A DNA stretch of 63,586 bases from the NCBI GenBank assembly GCA_028719205.1, contig JAQUKH010000011.1:1-63586 (forward strand). The letters run 5' to 3'. This document shows, one piece after another, positions 9,530 through 19,939 of the stretch. A model generated the notes under the pieces. It did no database searches. It was given only the letters and a program-made list of their open reading frames with translations, and had not been told where the DNA came from. Position 1 is the first letter of the stretch, and each line of letters opens with the position of its first letter. The translations under genes were made by a program, and so were the position numbers. Source of the stretch: a bacterium. GTDB lineage: Bacteria > JACRDZ01 > JAQUKH01.

Positions 9530-10600
9530 CTATTCAATCAATTCATAAACATGGATATAATCATTTCCCCAATATATCAAGTATGGGAAACTATATACTG
9601 GAATATTATTGTCTTTATTATTATCCTTGTGAGATATAGCATAGATTTCCCCGCCCTTATTTGGATCCAAAGCAATAACTTTCTCTTTAGTATTTATAAC
9701 AATTGCATCCCCAAGCATGGCCAATTTTCCATACCCCGGAACACTTTTTAAATCATACGTCCATTCTACTTTTCTTTCATTAATGTTCACTCCGTAAACA
9801 TTGGAATCAGAAGAAGGCACGATCAGCAAATCACCGTAAAAAACCGGAGTATTTATTATTTTTTTTGAACTTATTTTTACTTTCCATAACAATTCACCAT
9901 TTTCGTTATTTATTACGATTATTTCACCGTCATAAGTACAGATATAGATATTATTTTCTTTAATCACAGGTGTTGACTCTACATTAGTTCCTAAGTCCAT
10001 TATCCAATGGACCTCTCCATCGATATAATTTACCGCAAAAACTTTTCCGTTATAAGTAACTCCATATATATTATTATTATTTAGTATTAAGGACGGTGTA
10101 ATATTTCCGCTAAAACCTCTTGGCTCTATCTCAAGCTTCCATATCAGATAGCCTGTCGTTAAATCTATATTATATATTTTCCCGTCAAATCCCAAAAAAT
10201 ATACATTGTGCCCATCTACTACAGGAATAGAATTTACAACACCTTCAGATTGGACCTCCCATTCTCTTTCACCGTCTTTTACCGAAAAAGAGCATAATTT
10301 ATAATTTGCCGAACCAATTAGAACAGAATTATCATCTACAACAGGTGAAGTGCAAAAATTATCATCATACTCTTTAACCCAAAGTGTCTTCCCGGTTTCT
10401 ACATTAACAGCGTAAAGCCTGTATTGTAAAGTATAATACAATACTTTATTGTAAATAACAGGCTCATTTACAAGTTTCGACGCTAATTGTATTTCATTTT
10501 TGACCATTAAATTGTTATAGGCTCCCCCGTTTGCGTATTGTATATTTAATAAAATAATATATAGAAAAACAGCGGTATTCAAATAATTTTTGATCTTCAT
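9530..10600 (-). CDS. PQQ-like/BamB-like beta-propeller repeat protein, secreted
   Basis: Repeated YA.....G...W and S.P.V motifs; N-terminal signal peptide. Confidence 0.85.
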   Translation of the reverse strand: MKIKNYLNTAVFLYIILLNIQYANGGAYNNLMVKNEIQLASKLVNEPVIYNKVLYYTLQYRLYAVNVETGKTLWVKEYDDNFCTSPVVDDNSVLIGSANYKLCSFSVKDGEREWEVQSEGVVNSIPVVDGHNVYFLGFDGKIYNIDLTTGYLIWKLEIEPRGFSGNITPSLILNNNNIYGVTYNGKVFAVNYIDGEVHWIMDLGTNVESTPVIKENNIYICTYDGEIIVINNENGELLWKVKISSKKIINTPVFYGDLLIVPSSDSNVYGVNINERKVEWTYDLKSVPGYGKLAMLGDAIVINTKEKVIALDPNKGGEIYAISHKDNNKDNNIPVYSFPYLIYWGNDYIHVYELIE

Positions 10601-10622
10601 ATATTAAATCCGTTTTTTTTAC

Positions 10623-11375
10623 TCATTTTTCCATGATCTGAATTAAATCAGTTAAATCCAATTCAGGTATATTATTATCAGGTAAAATAAATTTTACATG
10701 ATAGCCGACATTTTCTTTAATTTCAGTCAAATCATATATTAAAAATATCCGGTTATTATTACTTTCCTGCCGTAAAGGCAAGTAATGGAATATTTCAGTT
10801 AATTCCGTCCCTGCGGGAAATGCGAGTATGGTAAAATATTTTTTCAATCCTCTGTAGGGGTCTGAATTGATCCCTACGTGAAATTCTTTATTTGGTATTA
10901 ATTTTTCACGTGTATGTAAATGTGGTAACCGTTTTAACTTATATGCCACCCAAAAACTGCCGGTTTTTACATCTTCATTAGTATCACTAAATTCAAAACT
11001 CATGCTTGGGCAATAATATATAGTACCCCGCCAGCTGTCATCCATAAATTTTATATTATTAAGTTTGATATTTGGAGAATAATTTAAATCATAAAAATCA
11101 CTTGTATCATATTGGCTGGGCCCAACAATGTTTTTCGGGAACATTGTTCTATTAATTATTTGTGAATCAGCAGATAAAGGAACCATATCATAAACATTAT
11201 ATTGAGACACTTTGACATATCCGATATTAAATTCGTATACTTTGTAAGTTTCAGTCACCCGGAAATATTCCGTATCTTTTAATTGTAATTCTGAAGCATT
11301 TGCGTTACTGCTTTTAAAGATTATTATTAAGATAGTTATTAATAATAAAACCCTGGTTTTTCTTTCCATAATCAT
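10623..11375 (-). CDS. Hypothetical secreted protein
   Basis: 250-aa ORF with a signal-peptide-like N-terminus, co-oriented with the PQQ-repeat gene; no recognisable motif. Confidence 0.65.
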   Translation of the reverse strand: MIMERKTRVLLLITILIIIFKSSNANASELQLKDTEYFRVTETYKVYEFNIGYVKVSQYNVYDMVPLSADSQIINRTMFPKNIVGPSQYDTSDFYDLNYSPNIKLNNIKFMDDSWRGTIYYCPSMSFEFSDTNEDVKTGSFWVAYKLKRLPHLHTREKLIPNKEFHVGINSDPYRGLKKYFTILAFPAGTELTEIFHYLPLRQESNNNRIFLIYDLTEIKENVGYHVKFILPDNNIPELDLTDLIQIMEK

Positions 11376-11425
11376 TATTATATTTTACATGTTTCATTTC
11401 TTTTATCAACTTATTTCTTATTTTA

Positions 11426-11473
11426 GTTTATTCGTTGCAATTGCCAAAATTCAGTATTTTTGATAAAATTAAT
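11426..11473 (+). repeat. 48-bp promoter cassette, copy 1 (TTGCCA-17-TAAAAT)
   Basis: 44/48 identical to 11735-11782 by manual alignment. Confidence 0.85.
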
Positions 11474-11476
11474 GAA

Positions 11477-11713
11477 ATGAAAAAAGAGATCGAACGCAAC
11501 CTCGGAGAGCAGCCCATCGCGCGGCTCATGGCGGAAAATGGCCTCAAGGCACAGGACCTTGTAGCTGCTTCAACCAAACAGATTACCCACAAGATGGTAT
11601 CCCGGGCGTGCAAGGGCAGAAGGTTAACGCCCGGCGTCCAATACAAGATCCTTGACGCGTTGAATAAGGCTGCAGGCAAAAATTATTCCATCAAGGAACT
11701 GTTTACCTATTAA
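11477..11713 (+). CDS. Small hypothetical HTH/Cro-like protein
   Basis: MKKEIERNLGEQPIARLMAENGLKAQDLV...THKMVSRACKGRRLT...LF; Xre-like helix pattern. ATG 11477 lies 7 nt after a -10 box. Confidence 0.65.
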   Translation: MKKEIERNLGEQPIARLMAENGLKAQDLVAASTKQITHKMVSRACKGRRLTPGVQYKILDALNKAAGKNYSIKELFTY

Positions 11714-11734
11714 TTACCCCCATCTAAAATTCAG

Positions 11735-11782
11735 GTTTATTCGTTGTAGTTGCTAAAATTCAGTATTTTTGTTAAAATTAAT
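11735..11782 (+). repeat. 48-bp promoter cassette, copy 2 (TTGCTA-17-TAAAAT)
   Basis: 44/48 identical to 11426-11473. Confidence 0.85.
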
Positions 11783-11815
11783 TTTAAGAAGTATCCAAAA
11801 TAGCTGAGGTGTAAA

Positions 11816-12121
11816 ATGGAAGAAAATAAGGACAGAAAAAATATCGCGCAGCATATTCTCCCGACTGCTTCTAATCTCTTAGGGCTTTGCTTTGTTTTAC
11901 TTAGTTTCATCAAGCTCTCAAATATTTCCGCAGAAACGATCATTGACGAGTGCCTTGGAATATTAATAGCCCTATTTCTTGCTTCGTGTATTTTTTCGTA
12001 CGCGTCAATGCGTTCACAAAAACAATCAGAAAAATACGAGAAAATTGCTGACATTATTTTTATCATCGGGCTCAGCAGCCTTGCGCTTATCTCGATAATA
12101 ATTATTTTTGAATTGATATAA
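11816..12121 (+). CDS. Small three-TM membrane protein
   Basis: GAGGT SD; HILPTASNLLGLC motif; three hydrophobic segments. Confidence 0.75.
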   Translation: MEENKDRKNIAQHILPTASNLLGLCFVLLSFIKLSNISAETIIDECLGILIALFLASCIFSYASMRSQKQSEKYEKIADIIFIIGLSSLALISIIIIFELI

Positions 12122-12126
12122 TAAAA

Positions 12127-12987
12127 ATGATAAAAACTAAAATTCCAGAATATATTCGCAAGCTGCCAAAAGTGCTTATCATTATTTTAGGGATTTTGCT
12201 GGTTGCATTTTTTGGTTTTATCGATTATTTTACCGGTTACGAGATCTCGATTTCAATATTTTATTTAATACCTATCTCTTTGATTGCCTGGTTTGCCGGA
12301 AATTTTTCTGCCGCAATTATATCTATTTTAAGCGTGATAGTATGGGCATTGTCTGATCTGGCTTCAGCGAAATATTATTCCCATCCTGTTATTCCTTTAT
12401 GGAATTCTTTTATATTATTGGGGTTTTTTTTAATAATTACTTTTGCTTTGACAGAGATTAAAAGTTTATTAGAGAATGAAAGAGAACTGGCGTTAACGGA
12501 TCCTCTGACAAAAATTGCAAATGCACGGGGTTTATATAAATACATGCAATTTGAAATAGACAGGGCTATCAGGTTTGGGCGGCCTTTGACTATCGCGTAT
12601 ATTGACCTTGATAATTTTAAATTTATTAATGATACGCACGGACATAGCGCGGGGGATAAAGTTTTGCAGGTTGTGGCAGGAACTATTAAGGAAAATATCC
12701 GGTCAATAGACATAGTCGCAAGAATCGGCGGCGATGAATTTGTAATTCTTATGCCGGAAACAGGAGAGGAACACTCCAGGATAGCTATCGATAAAATACT
12801 AAAATACCTTTTGAATATTGTGGAGGAAAACAAATGGCCAATAACTTTCAGTATAGGAGCTGCCATTTATCATAACCCGCCGCGTGATATGGATAAATTG
12901 ATAAAGACAGCGGATGAATTAATGTATTCCATAAAAAAGGCCGGTAAAAATAATATAATGTATAAAATCATTACGGGCACCGTTTAA
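12127..12987 (+). CDS. Membrane-bound diguanylate cyclase (GGDEF)
   Basis: Four N-terminal TMs; TDPLT, DLDNFKFIND.HGH, RSID I-site, RIGGDEF. Confidence 0.92.
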   Translation: MIKTKIPEYIRKLPKVLIIILGILLVAFFGFIDYFTGYEISISIFYLIPISLIAWFAGNFSAAIISILSVIVWALSDLASAKYYSHPVIPLWNSFILLGFFLIITFALTEIKSLLENERELALTDPLTKIANARGLYKYMQFEIDRAIRFGRPLTIAYIDLDNFKFINDTHGHSAGDKVLQVVAGTIKENIRSIDIVARIGGDEFVILMPETGEEHSRIAIDKILKYLLNIVEENKWPITFSIGAAIYHNPPRDMDKLIKTADELMYSIKKAGKNNIMYKIITGTV

Positions 12988-13069
12988 AAAAACACTCTCC
13001 GAATTTCATCGACAAACAAATAAAAATATTATAAAATGAAGTCTCATATAACAAATCAAGGAGGCAATA

Positions 13070-13534
13070 ATGAAAAAAATATCTGTTTTGGGAATAATTT
13101 TAATTCAGTTGCTTTCGATGTCTATTCATGCTTTCGAGTGGGAAACAGATTTTGCAAAAGCCTCGGCTGAAGCTAAAAAAACCGGCAAATATATCCTGAT
13201 GGATTTTGCCGGCTCTGACTGGTGCGGGTGGTGCATCAAGCTGGAAAAAGAAGTTTTCAGCCAGGAGGACTTTAAACAGTTCGCGGATAAGAATTTTGTT
13301 TGTATTCTGGTAGATTTTCCGAATAAAAAAGTTCAAACTAAAGAGCTTAAAGAACAAAATAGTAAACTGGCCGAGAAATATAGAATACAGGGTTATCCCA
13401 CAATTATTATTTTAGATCCTAAAGGGGAATTTGCCGGCCAAACCGGATATCAGGAAGGCGGCGCAAAAAAATATACTGAACATCTTAAAGCTATAGTTGA
13501 TAAATTTAAAGAAAAAACAAAAAAGCAAAAGTAA
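13070..13534 (+). CDS. Secreted thioredoxin-family protein (disulfide isomerase-like)
   Basis: Signal peptide, FAGSDWCGWC, cis-Pro GYPT; AGGAGG SD. Confidence 0.9.
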   Translation: MKKISVLGIILIQLLSMSIHAFEWETDFAKASAEAKKTGKYILMDFAGSDWCGWCIKLEKEVFSQEDFKQFADKNFVCILVDFPNKKVQTKELKEQNSKLAEKYRIQGYPTIIILDPKGEFAGQTGYQEGGAKKYTEHLKAIVDKFKEKTKKQK

Positions 13535-13576
13535 ACAATAAAAATATTATCTGCCAATTAATATAATTTTAATATT

Positions 13577-14743
13577 TTATACGGATCGTATACCTCTACT
13601 TTCCGTATCTTCTGTTATTTTACCTTTAAACAAAATCTTGTTTTCAATTTTTATTTTCAATTCTTTTTCTATTTTCCTCAATAAAGGCATTTCGTAAACG
13701 GTTGCAAGAGAAACAACTATTCCCTTCAGTCCGTTCCTCCCTGTACGGCCGGCCCTGTGAAGATAATCCTTTGATCCTTCAGGAATATCTATATTGAAGA
13801 TGTATGTGATCCCATCCATTTGAAGGCCCCTTGCCGCGATATCGGAAGCGATCAATATCCGCAGCCTGCCTGTTCTGTAATCATCCATAACCCGTTTACG
13901 GTCCATCTTATAATCAGTACCATGCAGGCTTTCAATTTTAATTCCATGAAATTGAAGTTTTCCGGTCAAATTATCGATCTGATCCACATTGTTCAAAAAT
14001 ACCAGGGCTTTTACCGGATCCAGATTTTTGATCAATTTTGTAAGAAGTTCGATCTTATCTCTCTGTTCCGTGATCAAACAGCAATGAGATATCGATTCCG
14101 GTATTGACTCTCCGCCTTCAGATGTCAATAGAACAGGATCAGCCATAAAACTTTTTGCCATATCAATAGTTTTCTGCGGTAAGGTCGCGGATGCGATGAT
14201 AAGCTGGCGTTCTTTTTGAAGGCTTTTAATGATCTTTAGCACAGGCTCAACATTATGCATATCCAAGAGCCTGTCTGCCTCATCGAGTATGATCATTTGT
14301 ATGGTTTGAGCTTTGATCTTATTTTTTTGTATCAGTTCAAGAATCCTGCCGGGAGATCCTACAATTATTTGCGGCTTACCTTTAAGCTTATCTATCTGCC
14401 TTGTTATATTTGTACCGCCGATTATTGGCGTCGAACGGATAGAAAACCCTGAGTTTTGTGAAAGCTTTTCCATCTGGCGCTGGATCTGAATGACCAGTTC
14501 GTGTGTCGGGGCCAGAATGACCGCTTTCATTTCTTTTGAAGTATTTTTTATCTTTTCAAATAGAGGGAGAAGATAAGCGAGAGTTTTCCCTGTGCCGGTT
14601 TCAGACCGCATGATGACATCTTTATTAAGGATGATCTCCGGGATAACCCTGCTCTGGATATCGGTCGGTATTATTATTTTTTCAATTTCCAGGGCTTTGA
14701 CCAGGCAAGGATCCAATCCCAGATCTTCAAAAGACTCTGCCAT
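13577..14743 (-). CDS. DEAD-box RNA helicase
   Basis: SETGTGKT, PTHEL, DEAD, SAT, ARGL and HRAGRTGR motifs. Confidence 0.93.
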   Translation of the reverse strand: MAESFEDLGLDPCLVKALEIEKIIIPTDIQSRVIPEIILNKDVIMRSETGTGKTLAYLLPLFEKIKNTSKEMKAVILAPTHELVIQIQRQMEKLSQNSGFSIRSTPIIGGTNITRQIDKLKGKPQIIVGSPGRILELIQKNKIKAQTIQMIILDEADRLLDMHNVEPVLKIIKSLQKERQLIIASATLPQKTIDMAKSFMADPVLLTSEGGESIPESISHCCLITEQRDKIELLTKLIKNLDPVKALVFLNNVDQIDNLTGKLQFHGIKIESLHGTDYKMDRKRVMDDYRTGRLRILIASDIAARGLQMDGITYIFNIDIPEGSKDYLHRAGRTGRNGLKGIVVSLATVYEMPLLRKIEKELKIKIENKILFKGKITEDTESRGIRSV

Positions 14744-14791
14744 TTAATTCTCCTTTTTTATTTAAAACTGATTATAACACACTAAATTTTA

Positions 14792-14819
14792 TTGACAAAA
14801 ATTAAATTTGTGATATCAT
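14792..14819 (+). promoter_or_regulatory. sigma70-type promoter of glnA
   Basis: TTGACA-16-TATCAT with an extended TGn -10. Confidence 0.65.
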
Positions 14820-14828
14820 TCTGTTTAA

Positions 14829-14912
14829 GATACAAAGAAGTATCAAAGACATTGATGTCTTCCATTGGGTGGAAACCTATGGGAGGCATTTTTTTTTGGA
14901 ACAAGGATGTTC
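14829..14912 (+). promoter_or_regulatory. ANTAR-type dual-hairpin RNA motif overlapping an intrinsic terminator (glnA leader)
   Basis: Hairpins gatac-AAAGAA-gtatc and aagac-ATTGAT-gtctt have hexaloops with A1/G4; the second overlaps the terminator 5' arm. A third hairpin, gaac-AAGGAT-gttc, follows the U-tract. Confidence 0.75.
14855..14897 (+). terminator. Intrinsic terminator/attenuator in the glnA leader
   Basis: atgtcttccat...atgggaggcat stem followed by a run of T. Confidence 0.8.
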
Positions 14913-14982
14913 ACTATGTCTAAATTTATTAACAATTTTAGGAAAATATGTTATTATTGCGTTGAATATATAAGGAGAAAAT

Positions 14983-17079
14983 ATGGAAAATATAGAAATC
15001 CCTGAACTATTTGGAACAAACGTATTTAATGAAAAAATAATGAAAGAAAGGCTTCCTAAGGAAACCTACAAGGCGCTAAAACAAACGATGGAAAAAGGCG
15101 CTCCTTTGAAACCGGAGGTAGCCGATGTTGTGGCTAACGCTATGAAGGATTGGGCTATTGAAAAAGGCGCGACTCATTATACTCACTGGTTCCAGCCATT
15201 AACCGGGTCAACCGCTGAAAAACATGATTCTTTTATATCTCCGACAGATAACGGCGAAATTATCATGGAATTTTCCGGCAGGCAGCTCAGCCAGGGAGAA
15301 CCGGATGCTTCGTCATTTCCAAGCGGCGGAATAAGAGCGACTTTTGAAGCCCGCGGATATACCGCGTGGGATTGTACTTCTCCGGCATTCATAAAAGAAG
15401 ATTCAGCCGGGAACGCAACATTATGTATACCAACGGCGTTTTGTTCATATAACGGCCAGGCGCTTGACAAAAAAACACCGCTTCTTCGTTCTATGAAAGC
15501 CGTTTCACAACAGGCTCTAAGGGTCTTATTCGCGCTTGGTGATACCACCGCGGCAAGAGTTATTTCAACGGTAGGGCCTGAACAGGAATATTTTCTTGTT
15601 GATAAAGAGCTATATCTTAAACGCCTGGATATTATTGTATCAGGACGTTCGCTTTTCGGCGCTCCGGCTCCGAAAGGCCAGGAACTGGAAGACCAATATT
15701 TTGGTGCCCTTAAAGATAAAGTTTCTATTTTTATGAAAGACCTGGATATCGAACTTTGGAAAATGGGGATCTTATCAAAAACAAAACACAATGAAGTAGC
15801 GCCGTCACAGTTTGAAATGGCCCCGGTATTTTCTACCACCAATATCGCGACAGACCAAAACCAGCTTGTTATGGAAACCATGCAAAAAGTCGCTTTGAGA
15901 CATAATATGATTTGTCTGCTCCATGAAAAACCTTACGCAGGCATAAATGGTTCCGGAAAACACAATAACTGGTCTTTATCAACAAATACCGGAAACAACC
16001 TTCTTGAACCGGGTAGTACTCCGCATGAAAACGCGCAATTTCTGGTTTTCTTAAGCGCGCTGATCATGGCAGTAGATAAACATGCTGATATAATGAGGGC
16101 CACCTGCGCGAGTTCGGGAAACGATCACCGGTTAGGCGCGAATGAAGCCCCGCCGGCGATAATCTCTATTTTTCTTGGCGACGAATTGGCCGGGATACTA
16201 AATAATATCGCGCAAGGTGAAAAAAATGTCAAAGCTGAAAAAGTTTATTTGAGAATTGGGGTTGACACGCTCCCTGAATTACCTAAAGACAATACCGACC
16301 GCAACCGGACATCTCCTTTTGCTTTCACCGGTAACAAATTTGAATTCCGGATGGTTGGATCATCACAGTCAATTTCAGGCCCAAATGTAGCGTTAAACAC
16401 AATAGTCGCGGAATCACTGGACGAACTCGCGTCCCGTCTGGAAAATTCATCCGACATAAACACAGAGATCCAGAAAATCGTAAAAGATGTGATAAAAAAA
16501 CACGGCAGAGTTATTTTTAACGGCAATAATTATTCAGAAGAATGGGCCAAAGAAGCGAAAAAACGCGGATTACCGAACAGTAAAAATACTGTTGATGCTT
16601 TGAAAGCTTTTATCACACCAAAAGCCTATGAACTTTTTTCAAAATTTAATGTATTAACCAGAGAAGAACTTCATTCCCGGTATGAAATTTATCTTGAACA
16701 GTATTCAAAACACATAAATATTGAAGCACTGGCTTCTCTGCAGATGGTGAAAAGACAATTTATGCCTGCAATTATGCGTTATATAACGGAATTGGGAAAT
16801 TCTATTAATGCCGCGGGCAAACACAGCACTGTCCAGAAAGAATTGATCGAAAGAATATCCGGCCTTTTGCAGTCTGTAAATAAAAAAGTCAAAAATCTGG
16901 AAAATGAAAACTTAAAGGCAAAGACTTTAACATCTGCTGAAAAACAAGCCGTATGTTATCGTGATAATATTGTGCCGCTTATTTACAGTTTAAGGGTTGA
17001 TATTGATGAACTTGAAACTATTATTCCAAGCGATGTATGGCCGGTACCGACATATAGCGAACTTTTGTTCAAACTATAG
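14983..17079 (+). CDS. glnA: Glutamine synthetase type III
   Basis: 698 aa; [76 protein letters not shown]. Confidence 0.95.
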   Translation: MENIEIPELFGTNVFNEKIMKERLPKETYKALKQTMEKGAPLKPEVADVVANAMKDWAIEKGATHYTHWFQPLTGSTAEKHDSFISPTDNGEIIMEFSGRQLSQGEPDASSFPSGGIRATFEARGYTAWDCTSPAFIKEDSAGNATLCIPTAFCSYNGQALDKKTPLLRSMKAVSQQALRVLFALGDTTAARVISTVGPEQEYFLVDKELYLKRLDIIVSGRSLFGAPAPKGQELEDQYFGALKDKVSIFMKDLDIELWKMGILSKTKHNEVAPSQFEMAPVFSTTNIATDQNQLVMETMQKVALRHNMICLLHEKPYAGINGSGKHNNWSLSTNTGNNLLEPGSTPHENAQFLVFLSALIMAVDKHADIMRATCASSGNDHRLGANEAPPAIISIFLGDELAGILNNIAQGEKNVKAEKVYLRIGVDTLPELPKDNTDRNRTSPFAFTGNKFEFRMVGSSQSISGPNVALNTIVAESLDELASRLENSSDINTEIQKIVKDVIKKHGRVIFNGNNYSEEWAKEAKKRGLPNSKNTVDALKAFITPKAYELFSKFNVLTREELHSRYEIYLEQYSKHINIEALASLQMVKRQFMPAIMRYITELGNSINAAGKHSTVQKELIERISGLLQSVNKKVKNLENENLKAKTLTSAEKQAVCYRDNIVPLIYSLRVDIDELETIIPSDVWPVPTYSELLFKL

Positions 17080-17104
17080 TAATAATTAAAAAACAGGGAA
17101 GGTG

Positions 17105-18049
17105 TCAGCAATGTACCTTCCCTATTTTTACCCTTAATTGCCTTTCAACACTTGACATCAAAACAGCCGTGGCGATCGAATAAAGTTTAGATTTCGCCGA
17201 ATCAACACGCGAAGTCAAAACAACCGGAGCCTGGGCACCCACAATGACTCCGGCAACATTTCCCTTACATAACCAGACATGAGACTTAACCAGAGAATTT
17301 CCGGTTTCGATATTAGGAACAAGAATAATATCGGCGTTCCCGGCCACAGGGCCCGTAATACCTTTATGCTCAGCCGCCCACATTGAGATTATATTGTCAA
17401 AAGCTAAAGGGCCGTCAATCGTTACCTTCCTGCTGAATTGCCCGCGCTTACTCATTTGAGCCAGAGCCGCCGCGTCTAATGTTGCCGGCATTTTAGGATT
17501 AACTAGTTCCACTGCTGCGAGAACACCTACTTTAGGATCTAAAATTTCAAATATATCGGCCATATAAATAGCGTTAAGAATGATCTGGGACTTTTCTTCA
17601 AGCGTCGGCGCGATATTCATTGATCCATCCGTGACAAAAACAAGTTTTTTCAGGTTCACAAGCTCAAGCACAAAAACATGGCTTAAAAAATTCCCGGTCC
17701 TGAGGCCTGTTTCCCTATCTACTATCCCGCGTAAAAAATCATCGGTATGAATGAACCCTTTCATCAGTATATCAGCTTTATTTTTATGGATAAGATCCGT
17801 CCCTCTGCGTATAGCCATAAGGTCGTTAGTTTCATCCAGGATACGGTCTTCTTCAATTAAAATGTTATACTTCTTAGCAATATCCAGAATTTTTGTTTTA
17901 TCTCCTATAAGAAGATAATCGGCGATCTTTAATTTTTTAGCCTCAACTACCGCCTCAAGTACAGTATTATCCTGAGCGCAAACAACAGCTACCTGCTTAA
18001 TAGGGTGAGTTTTAACTTTTTCAAGCACCTGATCAAAACTGGTCAACAT
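17105..18049 (-). CDS. ptb: Phosphate butyryltransferase / phosphate acyltransferase
   Basis: ADILMKG, LSHV, TDG.MNIAP, DGPLAFDN, PNIETGN, PVVLTSR. ATG 18049 fits the AGGAGG spacing better than GTG 18058. Confidence 0.85.
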   Translation of the reverse strand: MLTSFDQVLEKVKTHPIKQVAVVCAQDNTVLEAVVEAKKLKIADYLLIGDKTKILDIAKKYNILIEEDRILDETNDLMAIRRGTDLIHKNKADILMKGFIHTDDFLRGIVDRETGLRTGNFLSHVFVLELVNLKKLVFVTDGSMNIAPTLEEKSQIILNAIYMADIFEILDPKVGVLAAVELVNPKMPATLDAAALAQMSKRGQFSRKVTIDGPLAFDNIISMWAAEHKGITGPVAGNADIILVPNIETGNSLVKSHVWLCKGNVAGVIVGAQAPVVLTSRVDSAKSKLYSIATAVLMSSVERQLRVKIGKVHC

Positions 18050-18082
18050 ATGTTTCACGCCTCCTTTCGTAAAACTCGCGAT

Positions 18083-19930
18083 CTACTGGATTATCATTTC
18101 CCTGACTTTAAGGGCTTTGGCATTTTCAGGTTCTAATTTCAGAACTATATCCAGTTCTTTAACCGCTTCATTTAGCTTGCCTGTTTTAAAATAAGCATAT
18201 GCAAGGTTAAAATGTGAATCGACATGATTTGGATCGATCGATAACGCCTGTTTATAAGCCTGGATAGCTAAATCAATATTACCCAGCGTAAAATGAATAT
18301 TTCCAATATTATTAAAAGGACCCGGATTATTGGAATCAATATTAACCGATTTGATAAGATTTTCTAAAGCTTTATCCCAATTCTCCTGTTTAGCATAAAG
18401 TGTTCCAAGTTTATAATAAAGATCAGCACTAGTAGTGTCTTTTTTAATAATTTCTTCCAACTCTCCTATATTATCCCTCACTATTGGACTCTTACTGAAA
18501 AATTCCTCCGCTTTCGGCATCGAGAACATTGCCTGGAAAGGCTGAGTAAAAGTTTTGACCATTAAAAAAACAAAAAGTATCAACGGAATATAAACTATTA
18601 TTCTGAAAAGAAAATAAGGCATATGAGGCATAAATTTTTCTTTAAAACTTACAGAGAGTCCTGTATATATTTTTTCTTCCTGGCAATACATATTATACAT
18701 AAGGCCTATAATCCCCGCGTAAAGCCAGAACAAAACCGATGAAGACACAAATCTAAGATCAATACTGGTTAAATTAAAAACCAGATCTCCGGCTATTCCT
18801 GAAATAAGGGCAATAGTTAAAAACTGAGATCTTTTTTCTTTATTTTCTTTTATCAATACCATACTTAAATGATATATCAGCCATATAATGGCCAAAAACA
18901 AAATAAGCCCTACTATCCCTAATTCCGCCCATATTTCCAGAAATTCATTGTGGGCGTGCCGCACAAAATTCTTATCCACCGGATGCATGGATAAAAGCCC
19001 GCTTGTCCTGAAATTAGGAAAAACCAAAGGAAAAGAACCAATACCATATCCAAAAAGAAAACGGCTGATAGCCATTCTTACTGTTCCCTGCCAGACAAAA
19101 TACCTTGCTGTAGGACGAGTTAATATACTTAATAAAATATCCCATTTCCAAAAAACTAAACCAAAAAGAGCAACACAGATAACAGTCCCTGCCGGAACGA
19201 TCTTTTTCCAATTAATTTTTTTATCTTTAAAAAAGCCATACTTGATATGCAAATAAACAAATGAAGCAGCCATTGCCAGGAACCCGAGCCAGCCGCCTCT
19301 TGTCTGGGTAACGATCATGTCAAAAAACAAAATAAAAGTAAAAATATAAAATAAATATAATATCCATTTTTTTTCTTCCTGCAATATCACAGTCAGCGCA
19401 ACGGGAAAAATAAAAATTATATAACCTGCAAAAAGAATGGCATTACCAAAAGTCGAAAATATCCTGTCCATATTTGCCCATTGGCTGACATCATAGCCGA
19501 CAAACTGAAAAAAACCATATAACCCCGCGAGAAAACCTGTTAATACAAGAAACATTGCTAAACGATCTATTTTTTTTTGTCCTTCTAAATTATTCATTGC
19601 GGCAAAAAAAAGAATGATCGGGAGGAACAATTGGTATAAATTAACCCACGCGGAACTTTTTGAATCAGAAAATAAGAAGGAAATAAAAGAATATAACAGA
19701 TATAGTAAAACCAAATAATCCAACGGAGTACGGATCAGTTTGAGATCATTTTCTTCAACTAATTTGATCACCCAAAGCACAAAAATAAATAAAATAGCAA
19801 AAAAAACGCCCAGATCCTTCCAGCGTGCCAAATTCATATTGTATAGGACGCTCAGAAAAAAAAGGGCAAGGAAAAAACAAAAGTATATTATCTTATTAAT
19901 AAAATCTGTTGATCGAATTTTTTCAGTCAT
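18083..19930 (-). CDS. O-antigen ligase-family membrane protein with C-terminal TPRs
   Basis: Multiple TMs, STFGN, TQTRGGW, GYGIGSF, HAHNEFLE; TPR repeats at the C-terminus. Confidence 0.88.
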   Translation of the reverse strand: MTEKIRSTDFINKIIYFCFFLALFFLSVLYNMNLARWKDLGVFFAILFIFVLWVIKLVEENDLKLIRTPLDYLVLLYLLYSFISFLFSDSKSSAWVNLYQLFLPIILFFAAMNNLEGQKKIDRLAMFLVLTGFLAGLYGFFQFVGYDVSQWANMDRIFSTFGNAILFAGYIIFIFPVALTVILQEEKKWILYLFYIFTFILFFDMIVTQTRGGWLGFLAMAASFVYLHIKYGFFKDKKINWKKIVPAGTVICVALFGLVFWKWDILLSILTRPTARYFVWQGTVRMAISRFLFGYGIGSFPLVFPNFRTSGLLSMHPVDKNFVRHAHNEFLEIWAELGIVGLILFLAIIWLIYHLSMVLIKENKEKRSQFLTIALISGIAGDLVFNLTSIDLRFVSSSVLFWLYAGIIGLMYNMYCQEEKIYTGLSVSFKEKFMPHMPYFLFRIIVYIPLILFVFLMVKTFTQPFQAMFSMPKAEEFFSKSPIVRDNIGELEEIIKKDTTSADLYYKLGTLYAKQENWDKALENLIKSVNIDSNNPGPFNNIGNIHFTLGNIDLAIQAYKQALSIDPNHVDSHFNLAYAYFKTGKLNEAVKELDIVLKLEPENAKALKVREMIIQ

Positions 19931-19939
19931 ATTATCAAT

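Noticed and set aside
11428-12066. Minus-strand ORFs 11428-11679 and 11737-12066 with similar C-termini (KILNF.N.NE)
   Set aside because: The similarity comes from the duplicated 48-bp promoter read antisense; they are not paralogous proteins.
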